Positions 1-6,966 of a DNA stretch of 64,000 bases are shown here, in pieces. The notes under the pieces were generated by a model that was not told the origin of the DNA, ran no database searches, and saw nothing but the letters and a program-made list of their open reading frames with translations. The stretch lies in assembly GCA_021789555.1 (NCBI GenBank), contig JAJYJK010000009.1, positions 5,222-69,221 on the forward strand. The letters are read 5' to 3'. Positions within the stretch are counted from its first letter, which is position 1. Each line of letters begins with the position of its first letter. The translations under genes were made by a program, and so were the position numbers. This DNA is from Nitrospirota bacterium. Lineage in GTDB: Bacteria; Nitrospirota; Thermodesulfovibrionia; Thermodesulfovibrionales; JdFR-88.

Positions 1-467
1 CCGCTTTCCGGGGCGGTTGCGGTTATACCCGCCTTTTCGAGCAGGTTTAGATAATACATCGAGTGGTGCATGTTCCTGTCCTCCCCATGGCAGGCGACAG
101 GCTTGCTGAGGAGCCACCCCCGGGCATCCCTCGCGTATCCGATCCGGGTCGGGATGCCGGCAAGAAAACAAAGCAGCGCGGCGTCAAAGGCGTTTTGAAG
201 GAGTATCGCCTCGTCAAAATCCTTTTGCCTCAGGGCGAGGGCGAGCCTGAGTTTTCCGTTTATGCCCGCGAACTCCTCCCCGTAGAGCATAATCCGGTCT
301 ATGTTCGGGTCCTTCTCGAAAAGCCCGGAGACCCAGGGTTTCACCAGAAGCGTGATTGCCGCCTCCGGCATCGCCCTTCTTATGGCCCTTATGGCGGGCA
401 TCGTCATAACGGCGTCCCCTACCCAGTTAACGCCCCGTATCAAAACCGAAAAACCCCCGGAACCCAT
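1..467 (-). CDS. Glycosyltransferase family 9 (ADP-heptose:LPS heptosyltransferase-like), N-terminal ~155 aa; 3' end outside window
   Basis: Reverse-strand translation from ATG at 467..465 gives MGSGGFSVLIRGVNWVGDAVMTMPAIRAIRRAMPEAAITLLVKPW...AGIPTRIGYARDARGWLL. This is the typical GT9 N-terminal pattern. The frame is open to position 1; it is absent from the ORF track because there is no stop in the window. Confidence 0.6.
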   Translation of the reverse strand, partial: MGSGGFSVLIRGVNWVGDAVMTMPAIRAIRRAMPEAAITLLVKPWVSGLFEKDPNIDRIMLYGEEFAGINGKLRLALALRQKDFDEAILLQNAFDAALLCFLAGIPTRIGYARDARGWLLSKPVACHGEDRNMHHSMYYLNLLEKAGITATAPES

Positions 468-508
468 CTGATTAGTTTAACTCATATACGGCGGCAAGGG
501 GCAAGGCC

Positions 509-844
509 TTACTCCACCGCCACCACCACCGCCATCACCACCAGCCTCTCCCCCTTTGATGCCTTGAAACCGTGCTCGACCATCGGGTCGCAGAGGATCG
601 CCGTTTCCTTATCGGCCTCTATCTGCCTGTCGCCCACCGTGAAGACGCCGCTTCCTTCCACCGCGTACATCAGCAGCCTCATGGGCGCCTTGTGCGGGGC
701 CAGTTCCTGCCCCGGCTCCAGGCACATAAGCGCAACCCTCATCTCCGGGGTCTCCGCGAGCATTTCCCTCGATATCCTGTCCGGATAGAATTTCTTGAGC
801 CTTTTCAAATCAAGCACCTGAACGGCCGACTTTGCCTGCTTCAT
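509..844 (-). CDS. Cupin domain protein
   Basis: 111-aa ORF. The stretch LEPGQELAPHKAPMRLLMYAVEGSGVFTVGD fits the cupin G-x5-H-x-H...G motif region. Confidence 0.65.
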   Translation of the reverse strand: MKQAKSAVQVLDLKRLKKFYPDRISREMLAETPEMRVALMCLEPGQELAPHKAPMRLLMYAVEGSGVFTVGDRQIEADKETAILCDPMVEHGFKASKGERLVVMAVVVAVE

Positions 845-1051
845 GGATTTTTAATTTTCCTCCTTCAGTGTCTTCATGGGTCCTGGTGTTTTCATGAGCG
901 CCGGCTTTCCCAAATTCTATCACCCCGGCCCTGTCTAAATACTATATAACGGTCCGGTGACCTGCCCATGACGCGGATCATAAAAAAGGCCGGACAATGC
1001 CTGAAAGGGCCGAACATGCGGTGTACACTCATAATTTAGTATGATGTCCCC

Positions 1052-1088
1052 CGAATTGCGAATTGAAGGTGCGAATTGTCTCGAATTG
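1052..1088. repeat. Four direct copies of CGAATTG within 37 nt
   Basis: CGAATTG occurs at 1052, 1059, 1072 and 1082, in the spacer between the CPBP gene stop and the cupin gene promoter region. Confidence 0.7.
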
Positions 1089-1096
1089 TCCGGGAA

Positions 1097-1816
1097 TCAA
1101 AACTGCTTAAGCAACGGTATAAGCACAATGCCGATAAAATCCTGAAGGAAGTGCATTACGATAGGAGCAATCAGGCTCTTCCGCCATTGGTAAACGAGAG
1201 CAAAAACAGCTCCCATGGCGCCAATGGTAACAACGCTGGCTGTTCCTTCATAGCCGTGCCCGAGGGAAAAGATCACCGCCGAAAGCAATACCGCGGCGGC
1301 GGGGCTTGATGTTATGGCCTTGATGCGCAGCATGAGATATCCACGGAAAATGGTCTCCTCTGCTACGGCGACTACAACGACCATAAAAAAGGCCATCAGA
1401 AATTCCGCCGGGCCTTTTTCGCTTATTAATGCGGGCAGCGGGGTCGACGGGGCTGAGAGGCCCGCTCTATGCAGCAGGTTTTCAAGCACAGAGGAAGCAA
1501 AGAGCAAAGGAATAAACAGCCCAATGCCTATGCTTGTTTCTTTCCAGATACCTCGCGCCGTCCAGCCAATCGCCATGACAGGCTCCCTATCGCGCCAGAT
1601 AAAAAAGAGAATCAGGCTTACCAGGGAAAGGTCGCGCAGAACGGTTGCAATTGATATGAGCATGAAGCTCAGGCTTCCTTGTCTGACCGCGAAAAATGAA
1701 AAAACCAGAGAAGGTAAAATAAGGAAAAGAAAAACACAAAGTTCTACACACCGCTCCCTGCGATTTAAGTACCGGGGCCATTCACCGCTCACACGAGTGT
1801 GTAAATCTTCCGCCAT
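1097..1816 (-). CDS. CPBP family intramembrane metalloprotease (CAAX protease/Abi)
   Basis: Polytopic membrane ORF with EETIFRGYL, FSLGHGY and HFLQDF motifs typical of CPBP/Abi proteases. Confidence 0.8.
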   Translation of the reverse strand: MAEDLHTRVSGEWPRYLNRRERCVELCVFLFLILPSLVFSFFAVRQGSLSFMLISIATVLRDLSLVSLILFFIWRDREPVMAIGWTARGIWKETSIGIGLFIPLLFASSVLENLLHRAGLSAPSTPLPALISEKGPAEFLMAFFMVVVVAVAEETIFRGYLMLRIKAITSSPAAAVLLSAVIFSLGHGYEGTASVVTIGAMGAVFALVYQWRKSLIAPIVMHFLQDFIGIVLIPLLKQF

Positions 1817-1907
1817 GCGATAGCCACGCTTCTTTTATTTCCCTGGAGCGAAAGGGCGCTCGCCTCCTGGAATACAGTCAAAGCCAACTCCTCCGCAGCT
1901 GCTATTA

Positions 1908-2528
1908 TCATCGCACCTCTTCACCCTCGTTTCCTCCCTCATCACCTTCGCCGATCCCCCCGTCCCCGAAACCATCGCCGTAAAATTCATCCCCGGAAGG
2001 GCCTCCATAGTAAAACGGAGAGTACCCGCCGTAATAATAAGGCGGATAGTAGGCTGGATACCAGGCCCTTGCTCTTTTCCAGAGATGGATATCTTTAATC
2101 ATCACCACCGGATAAGTGTAAGACTGTTTACCCTTCAGGCTTACTATTTCCCTCTCGCCGGCAACCTCGCCGGCCAGCGTGACCTTTCTTCCCCTGCGAT
2201 ACACCAAAGAGTCAAGATAAGATGAGCTTATCGCAATAAACCGTCCCCGGGCATAATCGCTGCCCTTAGGTTTTTCCCTGGATCCTAACGGCGTCTCAAG
2301 GATAAAAAGTTCGCTGCCATTTTTGAGATTGACGGTCCTGATAATCACTCCTCCCCAGATCACGATAGACCCTTTATAGGCCGCCGGGTCCTGAAAAACC
2401 AGGGGGAAGGTCACGTTGGGGGTGGCCTCTTGCCTGTAACGCTTCGATATAGGGGCGGCACACGAGGATATGAAAATTAATATATACATACCAAAAAACA
2501 GGTATCCAAAAAATTTATAACGTATCAT
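1908..2528 (-). CDS. Slp-family outer-membrane lipoprotein with Tyr/Gly/Pro-rich and acidic C-terminal tail
   Basis: Lipobox-like FISSC. The Slp-like core reads YKGSIVIWGGVIIRTVNLKNGSELFILETPL...GRFIA. The C-terminal tail is AWYPAYYPPYYYGGYSPFYYGG followed by GDGFGDGGIGEGDEGGNEGEE. Confidence 0.6.
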   Translation of the reverse strand: MIRYKFFGYLFFGMYILIFISSCAAPISKRYRQEATPNVTFPLVFQDPAAYKGSIVIWGGVIIRTVNLKNGSELFILETPLGSREKPKGSDYARGRFIAISSSYLDSLVYRRGRKVTLAGEVAGEREIVSLKGKQSYTYPVVMIKDIHLWKRARAWYPAYYPPYYYGGYSPFYYGGPSGDEFYGDGFGDGGIGEGDEGGNEGEEVR

Positions 2529-2829
2529 TTTTCGCCTTTTTTTTCTCAGGGGATGGACTCCCTTTTTTTGTTATCACACGCAATTTCCACTTGAACATAT
2601 CCGGGAAGAGATAAAAAAACAGGCACTGCTTTTTATCCGACGATCCTCCTGCTTATGAATTATCATGGCGGATGCCTTCTGTCAATCCCATATCGCCGCA
2701 TTGAACCCGATTTTGAATTCCGAATTCCGGGGACGCCTCCGCGGCCCATCCCATTTAATAAACGCCTTTCTTCCCCGCGCTCCCCTTGACAAGCCGCCGC
2801 AATTAGGGCAGTCTTTCTGAGGGGCAAAA

Positions 2830-4053
2830 ATGGAGGCATCGGGGAAACGCAGAACACAGAAGGGCTCCGCCTACAGGCTCATCGTCTCCATGGGGATGGT
2901 AAGCCTGTTTGGCGACGTCACCTATGAGGGGGCAAGGAGCATCACGGGCCCGTACCTTGCCGTGCTTGGCGGCGGGGCCGCCATCGTCGGCCTCGTATCC
3001 GGCCTCGGAGATTTTCTGGGTTATGCCCTGCGCCTGGCCTCCGGGTATATAGCCGACCGCACGAAGGCATACTGGCCGCTCACTTTCGCCGGTTACGCCC
3101 TCATATTCTCCATCCCGGTCATGGCCTTTGCCGGCAACTGGAAAACCGCCGCCCTGCTCATTGTGCTCGAACGGCTCGGCAAGGCCATAAGGACCCCCGC
3201 CAGGGACACCATACTTTCGCACGCCGCAAAAGAGGTGGGGCGTGGATGGGGGTTCGGACTCCATGAGCTCTTCGATCAGATCGGGGCGGTGCTTGGTCCT
3301 CTGATCTTCACCACTGTCTTTATTTTCCGGGGCAATTACCGCCAGGGATTTGGCATCCTCTGGATACCGGCCGCCCTTTCAATGCTGTTTCTGGTCCGGG
3401 CCGCGATAAAGACGCCCGCCCCCGAAAAACTGGAGCCCGGCGGGGCGGAGACAGGCGGGCGGGGGGATAATATCCTGAAGGAAGAAGAGTTGAAGAAACT
3501 GCCGCGCCTGTTCTGGTCTTACGCGCTCTTTACATTCTTCAGCGTGGCCGGGATAATGCATTTCCAGCTGGTTGCGTTTCATTTGAAAGTGCACCGTTTG
3601 GCCCCTGACGTGCTCATACCGGTGCTCTACATAATCGAGATGGCCGTGGACGGAGGCGCGGCGCTCGTAATGGGAAGGGCCTATGACAGCGTGGGCATGA
3701 GGTTCCTCGTAATCGCCCCGGTCCTGTCCCTGCCCGTGGCCTGGCTTTCGCTTTCAGGCGGGTTCGGCCTCGCGGTGGCGGGCATTGCCTTCCTGGGTGT
3801 GGTCATAGGGATACACGAGACCATCATGCGGGCCGCGATCGCCGACCTGACGGCCACCGCCAGACGCGGTGTCGCCTACGGCATCTTCAACACCATCTAC
3901 GGGCTCGCGTATCTGGTGGGCGGAGTGACGATGGGCCTGCTCTATGAGAAGGTCTCGATTACGGGCGTGGTCGCATTTTCCGCCGCCATGGAGGCCCTGG
4001 CCATAGCGGCATTCGTCCTGACCGGCTTTTCGCGCATGAAGACGGCGGCGTAG
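2830..4053 (+). CDS. MFS transporter
   Basis: 407 aa with about 12 predicted TM segments and a central charged loop; general MFS architecture (GDFLGYALRLASGYIADR). Confidence 0.75.
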   Translation: MEASGKRRTQKGSAYRLIVSMGMVSLFGDVTYEGARSITGPYLAVLGGGAAIVGLVSGLGDFLGYALRLASGYIADRTKAYWPLTFAGYALIFSIPVMAFAGNWKTAALLIVLERLGKAIRTPARDTILSHAAKEVGRGWGFGLHELFDQIGAVLGPLIFTTVFIFRGNYRQGFGILWIPAALSMLFLVRAAIKTPAPEKLEPGGAETGGRGDNILKEEELKKLPRLFWSYALFTFFSVAGIMHFQLVAFHLKVHRLAPDVLIPVLYIIEMAVDGGAALVMGRAYDSVGMRFLVIAPVLSLPVAWLSLSGGFGLAVAGIAFLGVVIGIHETIMRAAIADLTATARRGVAYGIFNTIYGLAYLVGGVTMGLLYEKVSITGVVAFSAAMEALAIAAFVLTGFSRMKTAA

Positions 4054-4115
4054 GCGCCCGCGCCCAGTCAAACCTGCCGCCACTTAATTCCGGGTCCCGC
4101 TCTCCGGCCTCCGGA

Positions 4116-4178
4116 TTAGCAGGGGTGCACGCACACGGAGCCGACCACTTTCGGCTTTGCATATTTTACCTTCTTCAT
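4116..4178 (-). CDS. Unannotated 20-aa ORF MKKVKYAKPKVVGSVCVHPC (candidate precursor/metal-binding peptide)
   Basis: ATG at 4178 preceded by GGGAAAGGAGGCGGACAG; TAA at 4118..4116. Near-identical paralog at 6019..6081. Confidence 0.45.
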   Translation of the reverse strand: MKKVKYAKPKVVGSVCVHPC

Positions 4179-4228
4179 CTGTCCGCCTCCTTTCCCATAA
4201 AGATGTTGTACCCGTCTTGCCCCTTTCA

Positions 4229-5050
4229 TCAATATCCCGGCACGGTCACATTCACGCCCGTTACCGATGTGTTTACGGTCACGGGGCAGTTGTAATAGAA
4301 ATAGCTGCCGCAGGCCTCGCATCCCACACCCGTCTGGCATGTGGGGTAGCCGCCGGGATAGCTGGTGTTTGAGAAATTCAGGTTCGGGCTGGCATAGACA
4401 TAATAGGTGCCGGCGGCGGGAATCGATATGTTGTAGTTGCCGCTGGAGTCGGTGAAGGCCGGATATTTTGCGCTGCCGCACTCGTTGAAGGAATGGGCGT
4501 ATCCCCAGTTGCCCGATTCGCATGGCGCGGTCGCCGCCTTGACCGGCCATCCGGGCAAAATTTTGCCCGAGGCCCCTTTGACCTGCCCCGAAATTAAGAT
4601 CGATTGCACGGAAGAATTGTATGGGACGGCGTACACGGTGCCAAGGTTAACGACAGTGTTTAAGTTGAAGTATATGGAACCCTGATTTGTCCAGGTATAA
4701 TCTGTCGGGCTGGGTGCGCCTAAAAGGCCCCCTCCCTGCGGTTTCCTGATCCGGACATAATACGATTGATAAGCATTAATGTTGCTGACCGTGATATTGC
4801 CATTCGCATCGCTGGCCGGGGACTGCCTGCCGCCGGGCCATCCCGGATAACTAAAATATTTGTCCATGGGGAGAGACCCTTGCGTTGTCCGCAAATATAC
4901 ATATGCGCCTTGAAGCGGGTGGGCAACACCGTTTGAATCCCTGTACATGACGGTCACGATGAGCGTATTGCCGCCCTCCGCCACAGGGACGAAAAGCACA
5001 CCCGTTATCGAAATCATTATGAAAAACATAAGCCATTTTTTCACGGACAT
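4229..5050 (-). CDS. Secreted protein with two carboxypeptidase-regulatory-like (prealbumin-fold) repeats and Cys-rich C-terminus
   Basis: Internal ATG at 5050 preceded by AAAGGAGGGAG. Signal peptide MSVKKWLMFFIMISITGVLFVPVAEG. Repeated SDANGNITV / TDSSGNYNISIPAAGTYYVYA motifs. C-terminal CQTGVGCEACGSYFYYNCP. Paralog of 5159..5968. Confidence 0.7.
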   Translation of the reverse strand: MSVKKWLMFFIMISITGVLFVPVAEGGNTLIVTVMYRDSNGVAHPLQGAYVYLRTTQGSLPMDKYFSYPGWPGGRQSPASDANGNITVSNINAYQSYYVRIRKPQGGGLLGAPSPTDYTWTNQGSIYFNLNTVVNLGTVYAVPYNSSVQSILISGQVKGASGKILPGWPVKAATAPCESGNWGYAHSFNECGSAKYPAFTDSSGNYNISIPAAGTYYVYASPNLNFSNTSYPGGYPTCQTGVGCEACGSYFYYNCPVTVNTSVTGVNVTVPGY

Positions 5051-5110
5051 CGCCTCTCCCTCCTTTGGTGATTTCGGACCTGGCATATCCCGCAAGTCTT
5101 TGCCTGCCCG

Positions 5111-5133
5111 CGCCTGCTTGCACCCTTCTTCAT
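5111..5133 (-). pseudogene. Decayed third copy of the 20-aa peptide gene (internal deletion, SD lost)
   Basis: ATGAAGAAGG is joined directly to GTGCAAGCAGG. The flanks align with those of the intact peptide genes (see finding). Confidence 0.35.
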
Positions 5134-5158
5134 TCGCGTTTCCCATCCCGTGCCCCTA

Positions 5159-5968
5159 TCAGAAAGTAATATTCACGCCGGTCATTGAATTATTGACCGT
5201 TGTCGGGCAGTTGTAGTAGCTGCAAGAGCAGGGGGAACCGATGGCCACACAGACGTAAGCACTGCAGGTGCTGGCCTCCCTGGCCGAGTAAGTATCATAG
5301 AAGCCCGGGGCGGCGGCATAGAAATAGTATGTCCCGGCGGATGGAAGTTTTATCGTGTAGTTGCCGTTTGCGTCGGTAGGGGCCAGGGCAGGAACGGCCC
5401 CTGCCCGCGGCCCTGCGCCGTTGGGACACCAAATAGCGCTCACCTCGGCATGCACATACCATCCCGAAAGCGGCTGACCCACGCTGTTTTTGACCTGCCC
5501 TGAGACCGTAATTGGCGCTGGAGCGGGACCGAATACCGCGGCATACTGGGTGCCAAGACTGACGGTGGAATTTGTGGTGACGGTTATCGCGCCGGTGATA
5601 TGCAGGCTGTAATCCCCCGTGTTGGGCGGGCCGTATGCCTGCGCCCGGGTGGGCGTTGCCGTAAGCGGCGCCCTGCGCGTGATGCGGACCTTGTAAGCGC
5701 CCTCCGGAACGCTCACCGAGATATTGCCGTTTGCATCCGAGGGCCCGAGGACATATTGCGCTTTTCTGAAATATTTTTCCTTGATCGGGAAACCCTGCGG
5801 GTAAACATGGAGATATACATAAGCATGGTCAAGCGGATGGGTTATATTATTAGCGTCCTTGTAAAGGAATGTTGCCGTGAGCGTGCCGTTTGCCTCTGCC
5901 ATACCCGCAAAAAGCGCGGCCCAAAACGCAAAGACCAAAAAAAACGAAACCCATTTTTTCAAAGGCAT
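5159..5968 (-). CDS. Secreted protein with two carboxypeptidase-regulatory-like repeats and Cys-rich C-terminus (paralog)
   Basis: ATG at 5968 preceded by AAAGGAGGGGAAGG. Signal peptide MPLKKWVSFFLVFAFWAALFAGMAEA. SDANGNISVSVPEGAYKVRI and TDANGNYTIKLPSAGTYYFYA motifs. C-terminal CSAYVCVAIGSPCSCSYYNCP. Confidence 0.7.
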   Translation of the reverse strand: MPLKKWVSFFLVFAFWAALFAGMAEANGTLTATFLYKDANNITHPLDHAYVYLHVYPQGFPIKEKYFRKAQYVLGPSDANGNISVSVPEGAYKVRITRRAPLTATPTRAQAYGPPNTGDYSLHITGAITVTTNSTVSLGTQYAAVFGPAPAPITVSGQVKNSVGQPLSGWYVHAEVSAIWCPNGAGPRAGAVPALAPTDANGNYTIKLPSAGTYYFYAAAPGFYDTYSAREASTCSAYVCVAIGSPCSCSYYNCPTTVNNSMTGVNITF

Positions 5969-6018
5969 CACCTTCCCCTCCTTTGGTGATCCTGGAGTCT
6001 TTTTCCTTGTCCCCTGCC

Positions 6019-6081
6019 CTAGCAGGGGTGCACGCACACGACGCCGACCACTCTCGGCCTTGCGTATTTCATCCTCTTCAT
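6019..6081 (-). CDS. Unannotated 20-aa ORF MKRMKYARPRVVGVVCVHPC (paralog of 4116..4178)
   Basis: ATG at 6081 preceded by GTGAAAGGAGGAGATAGCGG; TAG at 6021..6019. Lies about 50 nt upstream of the 5159..5968 start. Confidence 0.45.
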   Translation of the reverse strand: MKRMKYARPRVVGVVCVHPC

Positions 6082-6241
6082 CCGCTATCTCCTCCTTTCA
6101 CATGGAAAATTTCATGACATCAAAAGCACGCCTTATTCATTTCCTCATATCCATATATCCATTCTCATAAACAAACAATTTCCATGCCAAGCCTATAAAA
6201 ATCGATTGCCCTGATACCCCGGATATCAAGGACCGTGAAAT

Positions 6242-6270
6242 ATCATAATAAAATATCCCTTTAATTTCAA
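6242..6270 (-). promoter_or_regulatory. Candidate sigma70 promoter (TTGAAA-N17-TATGAT) for the peptide/secreted-protein operon
   Basis: Minus strand reads TTGAAAttaaagggatattttatTATGAT. The -35 element is at 6270..6265 and the -10 element at 6247..6242, about 150 nt upstream of the first peptide ORF. Confidence 0.4.
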
Positions 6271-6278
6271 GTGGTTAT

Positions 6279-6313
6279 ATAAACCTTCGGATTTAAAAAT
6301 TCCGAAGGTTTAT
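6279..6313. promoter_or_regulatory. Perfect 13-bp inverted repeat ATAAACCTTCGGA-N9-TCCGAAGGTTTAT abutting the candidate -35
   Basis: Arms at 6279..6291 and 6301..6313 are exact reverse complements. No U-tract on either side, so this looks like an operator or activator site rather than a terminator. Confidence 0.5.
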
Positions 6314-6409
6314 TAATCGGATATTTTTTGGGTGAAATACCACGCACATATTTTTTGAAGCCGGGTATTTAACACAGGGGCAAAGGACATTATACACATG
6401 GAAGAAAAC

Positions 6410-6437
6410 AAAAAAGCCGGAAGTTCCCGGCTTTTTT
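6410..6437. terminator. Rho-independent (bidirectional) terminator after 6471..6761
   Basis: AAAAAAGCCGGaagttCCCGGCTTTTTT: a GC stem flanked by A and T runs. Confidence 0.6.
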
Positions 6438-6470
6438 GCATACGCTAGCAGAAGAAGATCGGGGCTTTTT

Positions 6471-6761
6471 TCAGCAGCCCTCTATCATCCTCCTGGGCGC
6501 TGCCATCGGTTTTACACCCGTGACCATGCCGTTTGTGACGGTTATCTCGGCCTTGCCGGGCTTCACGCTCTTGATATTCAGGACATGGGCGGCCTTCAGG
6601 GTCTGGTCCTTCGTGGAGCCCGCGGGGCAGAACGTGATTGAACCGGTGCTGATGTTTACAGCCTTGATTGTGCCGGACATGGTTTTGGTCGCGGCAGCCG
6701 CTACGGCTACGAGAGAAAGCGCAAACACGATGCACACAACAATCGTCAAAGTCTTCTTCAT
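6471..6761 (-). CDS. Small secreted protein, OB/CusF-like pattern, C-terminal Cys
   Basis: Signal peptide MKKTLTIVVCIVFALSLVAVAAAA. Mature part GTIKAVNISTGSITFCPAG...KPGKAEITVTNGMVTGV resembles small periplasmic beta-barrel binders. Ends in MIEGC. Confidence 0.55.
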   Translation of the reverse strand: MKKTLTIVVCIVFALSLVAVAAAATKTMSGTIKAVNISTGSITFCPAGSTKDQTLKAAHVLNIKSVKPGKAEITVTNGMVTGVKPMAAPRRMIEGC

Positions 6762-6903
6762 CTCATCCTCCTTTTTTTAGGTTTTAATGAACATGAATTT
6801 CTGGACACTAATTTATCATATTTCCATAATTTTTTAAACCCCTGATTTACAGCTATTTTTCAAGGAGTTTCACCTTATGACAAAGGGCGCCTTCAAGAAA
6901 ATC

Positions 6904-6936
6904 AAAAAAAGCGGGGCCGGAATTTTCCGGCCCCGC
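6904..6936 (-). terminator. Rho-independent terminator of glnA
   Basis: Minus strand reads GCGGGGCCGGaaaattCCGGCCCCGC followed by TTTTTTT, 30 nt after the glnA stop. Confidence 0.65.
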
Positions 6937-6966
6937 TTCCGCTTGGGTGAAAAATGAAAAAACGGC

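Noticed and set aside
63-788. 241-aa plus-strand ORF spanning the first 800 nt
   Set aside because: It is antisense to two ORFs with recognisable family motifs (GT9 heptosyltransferase N-terminus and cupin). Its composition is low-complexity and Pro/Arg-rich, typical of GC-rich antisense frames.
4116-4550. 144-aa ORF whose last 20 residues are the VCVHPC peptide
   Set aside because: The long version overlaps the 3' part of the secreted-protein gene in another frame and has no SD. The short ATG at 4178 has a strong SD and a paralog with the same boundaries.
5969-6037. N-terminal extensions of the two secreted proteins (track starts 6037 and 5146), and a possible frameshift fusion of peptide 6019..6081 to the downstream protein
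   Set aside because: The internal ATGs (5968 and 5050) have strong SDs and are followed directly by signal peptides. The peptide frame is offset from the extension frame, and no slippery sequence is evident.
6174-6190. sigma54-like element TTGGCATGGAAATTGTT on the minus strand upstream of the peptide operon
   Set aside because: The -24 GG and the spacing fit, but the critical -12 GC is GT. No enhancer-binding protein gene is in the window. The TTGAAA-N17-TATGAT promoter further upstream is a better match. Kept only as an alternative.
6438-6473. Possible selenocysteine read-through of the TGA that ends the small secreted protein right after Cys (…MIEGC-TGA)
   Set aside because: Read-through translation (KKPRSSSASVCKK...) looks non-coding and runs into the terminator hairpin. 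There is no SECIS-like stem-loop at the expected distance.
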